Source of the DNA: Andalucia godoyi And28
Lineage: Eukaryota; Protista; Jakobida
Direction of reading: 5' to 3'
Assembly: GCA_009859145.1 (NCBI GenBank)
Contig: VRVR01000012.1
Coordinates: forward strand, 1 to 64,000
Length of the DNA: 64,000 nucleotides
The position numbers were made by a program, and so were the translations under genes. Positions 21,231-32,001 of this stretch are shown here, one piece after another. Each line of letters opens with the position of its first letter. Positions within the stretch are counted from its first letter, which is position 1. Below the pieces are notes generated by a model. It had not been told where the DNA came from. It saw only the letters and a program-made list of their open reading frames with translations, and did no database searches.

Positions 21231-21719
21231 GGAACAGAGTGTGGTTCTAAAAACGATGCGAGCGTTCTTTTTTCTCTTTTCTTTTCTTTTCTTTTCTTTT
21301 TCGTTTTTGAAAAAGGGACGGCTTCAGAAAGAAGAAGAAGAAAAAAAGAAAAAGCACACTGCTGGCCATTCTCCGTTCTCGTGAAGCGCCATGCGGTGCA
21401 TCTCACCAGACGGAAGGGTTATCAGAGCAGAAAAAACCGGCGATTCGCTTCGGTGGGAAACGAGAATCTCTCTCTCTCTCTTTCCTTCTGGAGAATCCAT
21501 CTGCGCTCCTATGTGTTGCATCAACTGCCACTGGTTGATGGTAGAACACAAAAATTCGCTTTGGCGCAGGACTGGGGCTTTTCACAAATGTGTTTTTATT
21601 TTCCAATTCAGAATACCAGCTCTTATTTTTGTCTTTTCTTTGTAATTTTTTATTTTTTTTTCGGCTTTCTTTTTACTTTTTCCCATTCTTATTGAAACTT
21701 GTCGACTGTTTTTTCAACC

Positions 21720-22253
21720 ATGTTCCGTCGAGTTGCTTCTCTTACTGGTCCACTGTTCACAAGCCGAGGCGCGGCATTCCGTCTGATGTCGGATGCCATT
21801 CCTCCTCCTAGTGCACCTAGTGCATCCCCATCTGCGCAAGTCGTGTCTTTGCGAGATGCGATTTTGGCACTGTCTCTTTCTGATGCGGCTGCACTGAGTG
21901 CCGCATTGAAGGAGAAGCTGGGAATCACAGGTCTTGCTGCCCCGATGTTTGGTGGCGCGTCTGCTCCTGCTGGCTCTCCTGCCGCGGGCTCGCCGGGCGC
22001 ATCTCCTGCTGCAGCCGCAGCACCCAAGGAGGAAAAGACGTCGTTCAACCTCAAACTGGAAAAGTACGATGCAGCGCAGAAGATTAAGCTCATCAAGGAG
22101 CTCCGGGCAGTTGCCCCGGAACTGGGACTCAAGGAAGCAAAGGACCTTGTCGAGGGAGCACCAAAGGTGTTTAAGACTAACATTCCAAAGGCAGAAGCAG
22201 AAAAGATTGTCGCAAAGCTCAAGGAAGCCGGTGGAGAGGTCATCTTGGAATAA
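21720..22253 (+). CDS. MRPL12: Mitochondrial ribosomal protein L7/L12
   Basis: Arg/Ser-rich presequence MFRRVASL; [38 protein letters not shown]. Confidence 0.95.
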   Translation: MFRRVASLTGPLFTSRGAAFRLMSDAIPPPSAPSASPSAQVVSLRDAILALSLSDAAALSAALKEKLGITGLAAPMFGGASAPAGSPAAGSPGASPAAAAAPKEEKTSFNLKLEKYDAAQKIKLIKELRAVAPELGLKEAKDLVEGAPKVFKTNIPKAEAEKIVAKLKEAGGEVILE

Positions 22254-23096
22254 ACCTCATGTTTACACTTTCTTCTTCTTTTTTTTTCTCCTTGTTTCCC
22301 ATCAACTTCTGCTCCGGTTTCTTGAACCTAGCAGCCGCAACCTTTCGATCCGGGGGAAAAGGGCACAACCGCAGCCGTCGTGGCTTCGTTTCACATCGCT
22401 GATTCCGCTAACCAGCCGGGGGGGGGGGGGGGAGCTTGGCACGGTGTGTCGCAGCCTGCATCATTTTTAATTAATTAAAATGGATTACTAGGAAGGAAGG
22501 GAACGTGTCGCTCGCCAAGACATGATCATTATCGATGATCATCGGGCTAAGTTGTCCCCCGAAGACAGGATCCCAAGCCACGTGTTTTTATTTAGGGCGA
22601 ACAGCAACTTTTCGATAGGAACATCGCGTCCCCCATAGATAAGGTTTAGATAAAACAAAACTTCCGGTACGATATTGTTTGTTTGATGTTCAATGTTCAT
22701 ACACAAAAACAGGAAGGCGATTAATCCTTCCTGCTGTAAGAAAAAGGCGTGCAAAAAGCGGTCGGCAATTTTTTTTTTTTTGATTTTCATATTTTTACTG
22801 CTCGCACCTCGAATGTCCGGGAAAAGAAAAGGGAAAAGGCCCGCTAAAATGCCCCAAAAACTCTCACAATTTCCATGGAAGAAGGGAAACCCCCGCTCAT
22901 TTTTTTCCTCCAATTTGCCAAGATGCTTTCCTGCTTTTATGTTTTCCCCGTTCCTTCTCCTTATTTTCCCCGTTTTTTCATGTTCTTCATGTTTTTCTTC
23001 GTGTTCTTCATGTCCAACAGTTTGGTCGTTTTCTGAATTTCGTAAAGAAAGAAAGGGGATTAAAAAAAAAGAAGAAGAAGAGGGGGATAAACAAAA

Positions 23097-24029
23097 ATGT
23101 CAGAGTCTAATATGCCTTCAGACCAGGAGGCGCCGCCGTCGCCATCCGGCGTGGAAGTGATCACCGAGTCCGACGAGGGCTACTTGATCCGCCGTCGCAA
23201 GTACGAAATGCTTGCTGAGAAGGTCGATCCGCATCTGGAGCGTATTGACAAATATGAGAAAGATCGCGGCCATTGCGGCCATGATCACCACCATCACCAC
23301 CACGACGATGGGGACGGTAGCGATATGCACCCGCATGAGCATTATTCCTCGCGCTCTGCTGGACTCCGAGCGGCTGTGCTTGGTGCAAACGACGGCCTTG
23401 TGTCGGTTGCATCCCTTATTTTTGGTGTGATTGGTGGAGAGCTTTCATATGATGCGCTGGTTGTGTCAGCAATTGCGGCATTGATCGGAGGTGCCATTTC
23501 AATGGGAATCGGAGAGCTGATTTCGGTGTATTCGTCTCGCGATTCTGAAAAGGCAGACATTGCACAGGAGCAAAGAGCCCATTTGATGGGAGAAGATGCA
23601 GAGGCCTTCGAATTAGCAGAACTCACAAAAATATACGAAAAGAAGGGGCTGTCGAGGAATCTTGCCAAGCAGGTGGCCGTTGAGCTGTCCGCCAAGGATG
23701 TCCTGAAGGCGCATCTTATGGACGAACTCAGACTGGACTCGGACGATTTGTCCAATCCTTGGCAAGCTGCAATCTACTCGACAATCAGCTTTGTTGCTGG
23801 AGCGATTCTTCCTGTAATGGTTTGCATCATTGTGACCGACAGAACCAATTTGATTATTTCCATGTGTTTTGTCTCCAGTTTTGTGCTGCTTATCATGGGG
23901 TTGATCTCTGGTCGCTTGTCTGGCTACAAGACATTTCCTGCGGTTTTGCGAATTGTGTCGGGTGGGTGGGCCGCAATGATCATCACATTCGCCATAACCC
24001 TTGGTGTCTCGATTCCATTCACCAGGTAG
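23097..24029 (+). CDS. VIT1: VIT1/CCC1 vacuolar iron/manganese transporter with His-rich N-terminus
   Basis: LRAAVLGANDGLVS, AISMGIGELISV, PWQAAIYS; HDHHHHHHDD tract. Confidence 0.93.
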   Translation: MSESNMPSDQEAPPSPSGVEVITESDEGYLIRRRKYEMLAEKVDPHLERIDKYEKDRGHCGHDHHHHHHDDGDGSDMHPHEHYSSRSAGLRAAVLGANDGLVSVASLIFGVIGGELSYDALVVSAIAALIGGAISMGIGELISVYSSRDSEKADIAQEQRAHLMGEDAEAFELAELTKIYEKKGLSRNLAKQVAVELSAKDVLKAHLMDELRLDSDDLSNPWQAAIYSTISFVAGAILPVMVCIIVTDRTNLIISMCFVSSFVLLIMGLISGRLSGYKTFPAVLRIVSGGWAAMIITFAITLGVSIPFTR

Positions 24030-24110
24030 ACTCGGCGCTCGTTTCTCCTCCGCATGCGCAGAATGATAGTAGTTGTCTGGACATCGAGTTGCATGACACG
24101 TTGTCCCTTT

Positions 24111-24160
24111 TCTGTTTTTCTGTTTTTCTGTTTTTCTGTTTTTCTGTTTTTCTGTTTTTG
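24111..24160. repeat. Tandem 8-mer (CTGTTTTT)n, about 6 units
   Basis: Direct reading. Confidence 0.9.
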
Positions 24161-24297
24161 TTTTACCTTTTCTACCTGTCTGATGATATGCATTAAAGTA
24201 AAATAAAATAAAATAAAAATGCTGCGACGCATGCATTGCTATCATATCGTGAGCAATTATTTTACAAGATAAATGAATGTGCTGTACATGTGTCTTT

Positions 24298-25692
24298 TTA
24301 CGGGATCGCTACCTTTCGCTGTGATTTCAACGGCGCAATTTCCATGAGACCGTCGCAGATGTCTGCGACACGAGTGACTGCAGTTTCCAGCGCAGCAACG
24401 TCGTACACATCCAATCGCCGACAGACGTTCAAGAGCATTTTCCTGCACGAGTCCTCTGGCATGCTGTAAACGGCTTCGTGGCGTTTTCTGGTCAGTCGGA
24501 GCCGGAGTTCTCTCGGGGACTTGACGGCAGCATCGCCAAGTAAATCCTCTGCAGACCGGAGGAGGACTTCATCGATACTCTTCTTCGCCTCCTGCAACAC
24601 AGACACCCGTTTTCGCAGCGCATCCCGCTTCTCCTTTTCAATGCTCATGAAAACATCAATCTGCCTCAGAACACGAGCATACCGATCATCGAACTCCTTT
24701 TGTCGGAGCGCCAACGTCCGATGAAATTTGGATATTTCGTGCTGATACTTGCTCTGCATATCATCTCGGAACTCTGTCTTTTGGCTACGAAGATTCGAAA
24801 TCAATTCATCCTGGACATTAATCGTGTGCTGCAGCCTCGCCGTTTCCTCTGCAAATCTGCGCTCCAACGAGCGGGCATACAGAGAAAGCTCCTTCAATTG
24901 CTCGTCTGCATTCACGTCTGCATGCGCACGGGCGTCTCCGTTCCATTCCACTCGACCCTCGTTTCCATTCGCAAACGATGTCTTCAATGGAGTGCGACTG
25001 CTGTTTTCATCTTGCTCGGTGTCTGACACCACGTCCGGCAACGAGTCTCTCGACTCGTCTGCAGCTACTGCGGTGCGCGCGGTTTGCATTTGCGGTGCAG
25101 GCTGCGACGAAAAAAGCGTGTTCTTTGAGGACGGACTCTGAAGAATCGACGAAGAAGACTTTGCACTGTCCGTTCGTCGAACAAGCTGGGGATCGTGGAC
25201 TTGAACTGAGCCTTGTGAGTGGCCCAGCGGAGACATCGACGAGCCTCCTTTGGACGGACTCGCATCCTTGACTCGGACGGCGTGGATTTCCTGCTTGAGC
25301 CGCATAATTTCCTCCCTCATTGTATCAAACTCCTTGGATTTCGACGCTGCTGGAGTGGAATTGGAGAGCGATCTGCGCTTTGTAAATCCCTCTTGCGCGT
25401 AGTCGTCCTGCTGCGCATCGCGAGAAGCTGTGCTCCATTCGCTCTTCGAAGCAACCACGGTAGAAGACGACGCTAATGCTGATGAAGACCGGCCCACCGA
25501 CCGGCGATGCGGGGACGGCGAAGAAAGCCCAGACATCAGGAGATTCTCATCAAAACCAGATGTTGATGATGCCGGCGGTTGCAACGCTTCTTGCTCTGCA
25601 ATTCGGCGGCTGTGCTCCATAAACCTATCCAGGTCTTGGAAATCGTCTTCCGGAATTGGGACAGGAGATTTCAATGACTGGCTGTCCGACAT
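24298..25692 (-). CDS. Coiled-coil protein with Ser-rich N-terminus; weak CEP70-like C-terminus
   Basis: 464-aa ORF with heptad-rich region 260-380; LLNVCRRLDVYDVAAL resembles the CEP70 C-terminus. Confidence 0.65.
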   Translation of the reverse strand: MSDSQSLKSPVPIPEDDFQDLDRFMEHSRRIAEQEALQPPASSTSGFDENLLMSGLSSPSPHRRSVGRSSSALASSSTVVASKSEWSTASRDAQQDDYAQEGFTKRRSLSNSTPAASKSKEFDTMREEIMRLKQEIHAVRVKDASPSKGGSSMSPLGHSQGSVQVHDPQLVRRTDSAKSSSSILQSPSSKNTLFSSQPAPQMQTARTAVAADESRDSLPDVVSDTEQDENSSRTPLKTSFANGNEGRVEWNGDARAHADVNADEQLKELSLYARSLERRFAEETARLQHTINVQDELISNLRSQKTEFRDDMQSKYQHEISKFHRTLALRQKEFDDRYARVLRQIDVFMSIEKEKRDALRKRVSVLQEAKKSIDEVLLRSAEDLLGDAAVKSPRELRLRLTRKRHEAVYSMPEDSCRKMLLNVCRRLDVYDVAALETAVTRVADICDGLMEIAPLKSQRKVAIP

Positions 25693-25994
25693 TTTCTTTT
25701 CTTTTGCGATTTCCGTTTCGAGAACAACCGGATGTGTATTGTGATTTGTGCAGCGTGTGGGTTATGCCAGCGAGACTGTGGGGGGAAAATAAAGCAAAAG
25801 AAGATGAAAATAAAGGAGGGAGTGACGGCTCAGCACGATGCGGGAGAAACCGAAGAAGGAGAAGAAAAAACGGTCTACAGTCAAATTGATGCTGTCTTGC
25901 ATCAAGAATTTGAAATTTTCGAATTGGATGTCAAGTGGCGGGGGAAGCTAATGAACCACGTGATTAAGAGTAGACGATGCACCAGTCGATGGGG

Positions 25995-26046
25995 AACCCT
26001 AGTGGCCTTTGCTCTGAAACCCTAGTCTTTCCCATCGAAGCCCATG
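25995..26046 (+). promoter_or_regulatory. Two telo-box-like AACCCTAG motifs plus an AGCCCA motif upstream of RPS26
   Basis: AACCCTAG at 25995-26002 and AAACCCTAG at 26017-26025, about 140-170 bp upstream of the ATG. Confidence 0.35.
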
Positions 26047-26166
26047 TTTGTGTCTGCCCCCAGATTTTTGCAATTATTATCCCAATTTTTTCTTTCCTCT
26101 TCTTCGTTTCTTTTCTCTTTCTGTGTGTCGTGCGGAACTTTGGATTGTACGCAAAGCCTAATCAAG

Positions 26167-26517
26167 ATGACCAAGAAGCGACGTAACGCGGGACGCGCCA
26201 AGAACGGACGTGGCCACGTCAAGCCCAAGGCATGCTACAACTGTGGACGCCTCGTTGCCAAGGATAAGGCCATCAAGCGCTTCATTGTCCGTAACATCGT
26301 CGAATCTGCCGCTGTTCGTGATCTTTCTGATGCGTCTGCCATCAAGGACTACGCCCTGCCGAAGTTGTACATCAAGCAGTACTACTGCGTGTCTTGTGCA
26401 ATTCACTCCAAGATCGTTCGTGTTCGTTCCCACGAAGGACGCCGCATGCGTGAGCCTCCTCGCCGCTTTGCCCCTCGCCCTGCCGGTGCCAATGCCGCTG
26501 CAGCACAGCGCAAGTAG
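26167..26517 (+). CDS. RPS26: 40S ribosomal protein S26 (eS26)
   Basis: [51 protein letters not shown]. Confidence 0.99.
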   Translation: MTKKRRNAGRAKNGRGHVKPKACYNCGRLVAKDKAIKRFIVRNIVESAAVRDLSDASAIKDYALPKLYIKQYYCVSCAIHSKIVRVRSHEGRRMREPPRRFAPRPAGANAAAAQRK

Positions 26518-26870
26518 GTATTCACACTAGATCCGCGTTAAGCATAAAATCTTGAAAAACACATAGTCTCGACGACATCCATCCTTTCTCTTTCTGCCCG
26601 TTCGGTTTTTTTTTTTTTCCGTTTGTGTGTGTGTGTGTGTGTGTGCACGGAGTGTCTTGGATTGCGCGTCCTGTTCCGATCCGCATCGGGAATGGCAGGC
26701 CTACCAGAAGAAAAAATACATATAAAATGGGCAGTGAGATCTATACACCAGTACTTACATGATAAATGATACATTCGCAGCATAACACACCTGCGTACTT
26801 GCCGGGCAGCAGCACTTGGGAGAACAATAGGATGTTGATGACGTTGACAACGACACATAAAACTGATGCG

Positions 26871-28562
26871 TCACATAACCCTTTTCCATATCTGGTACCC
26901 CGTTCGTGTACACATGTAACCCGGAATGTACAAGGCTCTTCGCAGCGCAGACAAACATGACGCGTTCTCCAAGAACGGGACCGACGACTCCAGTGCAAAC
27001 TGGCCAGATGATCTCCAGCGGGCAAAGTCGCGCTCCGTCTCCAATGCAACGACGTAGTCACATTCACTCGGACTGACATAGCGGCTGGGCTCGTCGAGAT
27101 TTCCGTCGTTGAAATGCGCATTTGCATCCGAGAAGAAAGCAGGCAATTCCCCACGGAAGTCCGACCGAAGAAATTGCACAGTCTGGTGCGGGCTGAGGAG
27201 GAAATGCGCTGGAAATCTGTGCCATTCCCCTGCAACACACACGTTCTGCAAGCGATTCAGTGGCCAATGATCGCCACTATGGCTGATGAAGGGGTACACG
27301 GAAAGAGGCGCCGAATAGTAGTGCACGGTCGCAGCAATTCGAGACAGAGAAACTGCAGCAATGGAAACGAGCAAGACGACACGGAACATACGCATGAAGC
27401 GCTGCATGAACCGAGGGGACGACGCAACAAGCAGGTGAGCCGCAAAAGCAGCGGAGAATGCCAGAACGGGATACACGGGAACCATGAAACGCTCCTCTTT
27501 GTGAGGAACACTCGAGTGGAATGCCAGCCACAGCGGAAAGGGTGCGATGGCCGTGGCAACCGCCCATGTTCTGTGGCTGCTGATCGTTGCAAGTTTCCTG
27601 TCCGAAGAGCGGACGACTGCCAAAGCCGCTGCCCACAGAGCACACGCAGCCCCGAGGATTGCAAGAAGGAAGATGGCGTTCCAGTTGAGGGCGAGATTGA
27701 GGAGGTAATAGGATGCAGGTTCAACACCGTAGAGCGTGGAAGACGCGGCATGCACAACATTGTACTCCACAATATTCCACGCTGAAAATGTCCACACTCC
27801 GTAACCGAAGCGGTCACAAATCAAAACAACAGTGACCAGCAGCAGCGCATACCTGGTCGCAATGAACAGCGCCCGTCTGAATGGAGCGCAGCAGAGCACC
27901 CAAACTGCAGCAGGGACGAACGCAAGCGCAACGAACGGCCATCCAAGAATCACTGCCGATGCTGCGGTGACCACCACAACGGAAAATGACCGATTGAGGA
28001 CGGCAGCTGAGCACAGCGTCATGCACAACATGGAAAAGCTCGATGGAAGAAATGCAATCGACGCATGCTGCATTCCTGGTGCGATGACCAAGAAAAACGA
28101 CAAAACTGCAGGGTTGACAAACGGAGAAGCAGCTTGGACGAACCATCCTTCCGCACACGCACACACGATTCCCAGAACCGCGCGAGTGCCAAAGAAGGCG
28201 GCGGCCTTGGATGCGAATAGCGTGTGGATGACTGCGGCAGGAACGGTGTGCATGTATACAAACGCCCATGGTCGAAGCGCATATTGCGATGCGTATTCCC
28301 ACGTCTTGAATCCGTCGCCAAACATGACGCTGTGCAAAGGCTCCCAGAAATTATATGTCTCGTCGCAATCTTGGATTGGATGCATACACGCCATTGCAAT
28401 ACGAGCAAGTGATGCAATGACAATGTGTCCAATCACCACCCAATGCACAGCAGCAGACGGCAACAACGACGCCAATAACGATGACTTCTTCGAGACGCTC
28501 GAGTGTGAAGAAGACGCAGGCATTTGTTTCCGAAATCCACGTTTTCGATTCACAGCCCGCAT
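26871..28562 (-). CDS. ALG9: Alpha-1,2-mannosyltransferase (GT22)
   Basis: IQDCDETYNFWEPLH, TWEYASQYALR, PHKEERFMVPVYP, VCVAGEWHRFP, FNDGNLDEPSRYV. Confidence 0.93.
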   Translation of the reverse strand: MRAVNRKRGFRKQMPASSSHSSVSKKSSLLASLLPSAAVHWVVIGHIVIASLARIAMACMHPIQDCDETYNFWEPLHSVMFGDGFKTWEYASQYALRPWAFVYMHTVPAAVIHTLFASKAAAFFGTRAVLGIVCACAEGWFVQAASPFVNPAVLSFFLVIAPGMQHASIAFLPSSFSMLCMTLCSAAVLNRSFSVVVVTAASAVILGWPFVALAFVPAAVWVLCCAPFRRALFIATRYALLLVTVVLICDRFGYGVWTFSAWNIVEYNVVHAASSTLYGVEPASYYLLNLALNWNAIFLLAILGAACALWAAALAVVRSSDRKLATISSHRTWAVATAIAPFPLWLAFHSSVPHKEERFMVPVYPVLAFSAAFAAHLLVASSPRFMQRFMRMFRVVLLVSIAAVSLSRIAATVHYYSAPLSVYPFISHSGDHWPLNRLQNVCVAGEWHRFPAHFLLSPHQTVQFLRSDFRGELPAFFSDANAHFNDGNLDEPSRYVSPSECDYVVALETERDFARWRSSGQFALESSVPFLENASCLSALRRALYIPGYMCTRTGYQIWKRVM

Positions 28563-28906
28563 CTGAAACACAGTCAGTGATGAATCTTGCTCGTGTTCAC
28601 CTGGGTGAACGAAAACGAAAAGAAGAAGAAGAAATATATATGTAACTGGAGATGAAAATGAGAAGGGAAAAAAAAAACGCTGGAGATGCAACAGAGACGC
28701 AAAAATAAACGAAAGGAGAGACTGCAAGGAACGAGACGACAAGAAGAAGACCGGAACGCTCTCGGTACAGCCATCGAAACGATCCAAGCAGTGTGCCGCT
28801 GTCCGTTAGCTAGACGTGAGCCGCCAAAACACGTTCAAGTTCTCAACACATGCATACACAAGGAGATGAAACGTAACGTGCGTTTCTTGTAATTTAATTT
28901 AAATAC

Positions 28907-28942
28907 TACAAGTACAAGTACAAGTACAAGTACAAGTACAAG
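28907..28942. repeat. (TACAAG)6 tandem repeat
   Basis: Direct reading. Confidence 0.9.
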
Positions 28943-29007
28943 GACTACCAGGCACAGCATTGGTGATGGCGGTAGCGGGCACTGCAAGAGACAGGAATCC
29001 GGGAGGA

Positions 29008-29451
29008 CTATGCGATTGCAAAAGTGGTCTTCTGCGGAGGACAGAGTCTGATCGCGGTGCACACAACGGTTGGATTTTCCTTTCGCACGAGTGACTCGAG
29101 GATGATCGGTGCCATCTGCGCAATCATTGCGGGACAGACCGCCTGGTCCGCCTTTGGAATAAACGGACATACAAGATCGACAAACTTTTCAATGTCCGTT
29201 TCTGTGGTCGAGGCGGTGACAAAGGATTCGAGCAACGTCACGAGATCCTCGCAGGGGTGGCACAGCCCATCGGACCCGCCATCCACAGACTCCTCAGGTG
29301 CAATCGCATGCTGAGCATCCGCATCGTGGCTGGGAACCGAGATCCTCACGCGGTCAACGGGACGGTCGACGGACGCAGTCACAACCGCCACAAGAGCACT
29401 CAGCAGCACGCAGCACGCAAGAACAGTAACAAACCCAGTACCGCGGGACAT
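29008..29451 (-). CDS. Single saposin-B-domain protein with signal peptide or TM anchor
   Basis: Six-Cys saposin pattern CHPC...CPF...CPAMI...VCTAIRLC; hydrophobic VLACCVLLSALVAVVTA. Alternative in-frame ATG at 29631. Confidence 0.85.
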   Translation of the reverse strand: MSRGTGFVTVLACCVLLSALVAVVTASVDRPVDRVRISVPSHDADAQHAIAPEESVDGGSDGLCHPCEDLVTLLESFVTASTTETDIEKFVDLVCPFIPKADQAVCPAMIAQMAPIILESLVRKENPTVVCTAIRLCPPQKTTFAIA

Positions 29452-29899
29452 TTTGGCTACAATCTTATTTATTTTCTCGACAATCGTCTTGTCTCGGATA
29501 TTTTTCTCGTTATTATGATTGTTGGTATTCCTGTTGGGAAAACTTTTGCGATTCTCGGGCATCATCAAAGAATCCCAAACACGTTTTGAGACTGTTCGAA
29601 GAGAGTTTCTTTTGCGGACGGTCGTCGACATTTCACGACTTTCAAGGGGGGAAGCATGCAAGAGCCTCTTTTTTTCTTTTTTTTTCTGGTTACGACAGAA
29701 GTCAGTTGCCCATTAGGCGAAAGTGACAAGGTCTCGAATGAGATCACAGTCCGCTTGGGAACTCCAGACTCCCGAATTTGTGTATTTTGAGTTTTTTATT
29801 TGATACAAATCGACAGACAAACTGGTGACGAATAGACGAACTGCCAATCATGCAATGAACCGAACCGAACTGAACCGGAGCGACACGCAGTTGGAGCTG

Positions 29900-30877
29900 C
29901 TACGAACGACGTGCACCAGACACATTGCTGCGCTTAATGCGCACGGCCGCGACGACGGCTTCGATGCTCTGCTTGAGCTTACGGCGGGCGTTGAACTTGT
30001 TGAGCTCGCGGAAGACGGACATGGAAGTCATGTGTGCGGTGTTTCCTTTGATCCAAGGATGGTTGAGCACTTGCTTGGTGGTAAAGCGCTTTACAGGATC
30101 GACCTGAAGCAATCGCGTAATAAGCTCTCGCGCGCTGTGGCTCACGTTATCCCAGTACGGAGACGGGAAGGAAAAGTCTCCTGCGATAATCTGGTCAAAC
30201 AACTCCGGAGTCGACTCCGAGAAGAATGGAGGGAAGCCGCACAACAGGATGTACATGATCACGCCGATCGACCACATGTCCACGGCTGCATCGTATCCAT
30301 TGTTGAGAAGAACCTCGGGGGCTACGTAGGAGGGAGTCCCGCATGCGGTCTTCAACATGTCGTCTTCGCGCATGATCTTCGCCAGACCAAAGTCCGTGAT
30401 TTTGATATCGGCATCCAGGGCATCAGAAGCATACAGCAGATTCTCCGGCTTCAAATCACGGTGCACAATTCCTCTTGAATGCAAATAGTCAATCGCGGAC
30501 ACAATCTTGTAGATGATAATCGACGCCTCCTTTTCGGAGTATCCATTCGGGTACACATTCACAATGCGATCAAACAACTCGCCACCAGTGAGACGCTCCA
30601 GGACCAGGTACACCTTGCGCGGAGACTCGTAGAGGTCGTACAGACGAACAATATTCGGATGTTGGACACCTTTCAGAATCTTCACCTCGGTTGTCAGCGA
30701 GTCTTTGTTGACATCCACGTTTGCTTTGTCAATGATCTTCACGGCGTAGTCAACTCCCGTTTCTTTGTGGCGTGCAACTCGCACCACAGAGAATGTCCCC
30801 GAGCCAAGCTCTTTTCCAAGTTCATACTGGTCACGGATTGCGCCAGAAGTAGCCTCGTCGGTGAAGATATATGACAT
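29900..30877 (-). CDS. CAMK-group Ser/Thr kinase (CaMKI/MLCK-A-like)
   Basis: GSGTFSVV, VKIIDK, HRDLKPEN, DFGL, CGTPSYVAPE, and the CaM-binding segment FNARRKLK. Confidence 0.96.
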   Translation of the reverse strand: MSYIFTDEATSGAIRDQYELGKELGSGTFSVVRVARHKETGVDYAVKIIDKANVDVNKDSLTTEVKILKGVQHPNIVRLYDLYESPRKVYLVLERLTGGELFDRIVNVYPNGYSEKEASIIIYKIVSAIDYLHSRGIVHRDLKPENLLYASDALDADIKITDFGLAKIMREDDMLKTACGTPSYVAPEVLLNNGYDAAVDMWSIGVIMYILLCGFPPFFSESTPELFDQIIAGDFSFPSPYWDNVSHSARELITRLLQVDPVKRFTTKQVLNHPWIKGNTAHMTSMSVFRELNKFNARRKLKQSIEAVVAAVRIKRSNVSGARRS

Positions 30878-32001
30878 CGCTCTCAGGAGAAAAAAGGGTA
30901 GGACGAAGAAAAAATCAAGAAAACCAAGGGGAAAATGGCTAGCGTTTTTTCGGGTTTTTGGTGGTCTAGGGAATAATCGATTTGCGCTCTGAAGAGAAGA
31001 AAGGAGGAGGAGAAGAAAGAAAAAATAGACAGAGGAGGAAAAAAGGAAAGGAGCCAAAGAAAGAAAAACGGCAACGGAGGGGAAAACCAAGAGGAGGGGA
31101 AGGGATCGCGTTCGAATCGGATCGGCACCAGCAAACAAAAAGAAAAAGAAAGTCCGAGGGAAGGCAGAATATGTGATCGCACGAGTCTACGAAAGGATGT
31201 TCTCGAGTGACCAAGGCAGCTGATGATTGATGACGCTGAGAGCGGCGAACAGCGGCTGGTCGCATCCCAGTTCGTCGACTACAGCGTCTGCTGCGCCAGA
31301 CGTGAAATCGTGACAAGAATGTCCAAGTGCATCAACTGTCATCGTCGAAGCAGATGCCAACTGTTTCCTCGCCGGACTGACGGGCGCACGACACGGGCTG
31401 GGGACACACACGAAGTGACGGGAATGATGGATGTCCGCAAGTGTGCAGCGGCAATTCTGCACTTTTGCAAAAACTGCACGCGGAAGAGCGCATTTTTTCA
31501 TGTCCCACGGTCCGTCTTCGGTCTTCACGAACAGCGCGGGACAGGGGGTTGTCTTTTGTGAGCAGCTGTTTTTTTCCCCCCAGCGATGGCGACGTGGACA
31601 CTTTCGTGTTAAGGGAAGGAGACCACCGTCCCATCGGGAGGGTCCACGGACCCGAGGGGCCCAGAGACCGAATTGGGGCAGCTCCCGACGCAGTCACCGC
31701 TGACAGATAAATAGTCCTTCCAGCGACCGTAGATACTTCACCAAGGTTCCCCTAATCGCAGCAGCGGCTTTCTCGGGACGCTGCTGTTCGTTGCCTTTCG
31801 CTGTTGTTGTATTCTTTTTGTCTTCTCTCTTTTTCACGCACACAGACACATATGCATGCATGCTACATCCACACACTCCCCTCTTTTGTCTTGCATCTCA
31901 CACTCGGACGGCGCGTCATGTCATGTCATGTCATTGTGAATAGAGGACATAAATAAGAACTGTATCTTCTCTCTGGTTTCACGCAGCAGCAAGCGTTTGG
32001 A

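Noticed and set aside
26745-26815. TACTTAC/TACTTGCC motifs resembling the U1 snRNA 5' end
   Set aside because: No U1 stem-loops or Sm site recognisable.
31187-31720. Cys-containing short ORFs between the kinase and MATE genes
   Set aside because: Overlapping frames on both strands, with no consistent domain or TnpB motif order.
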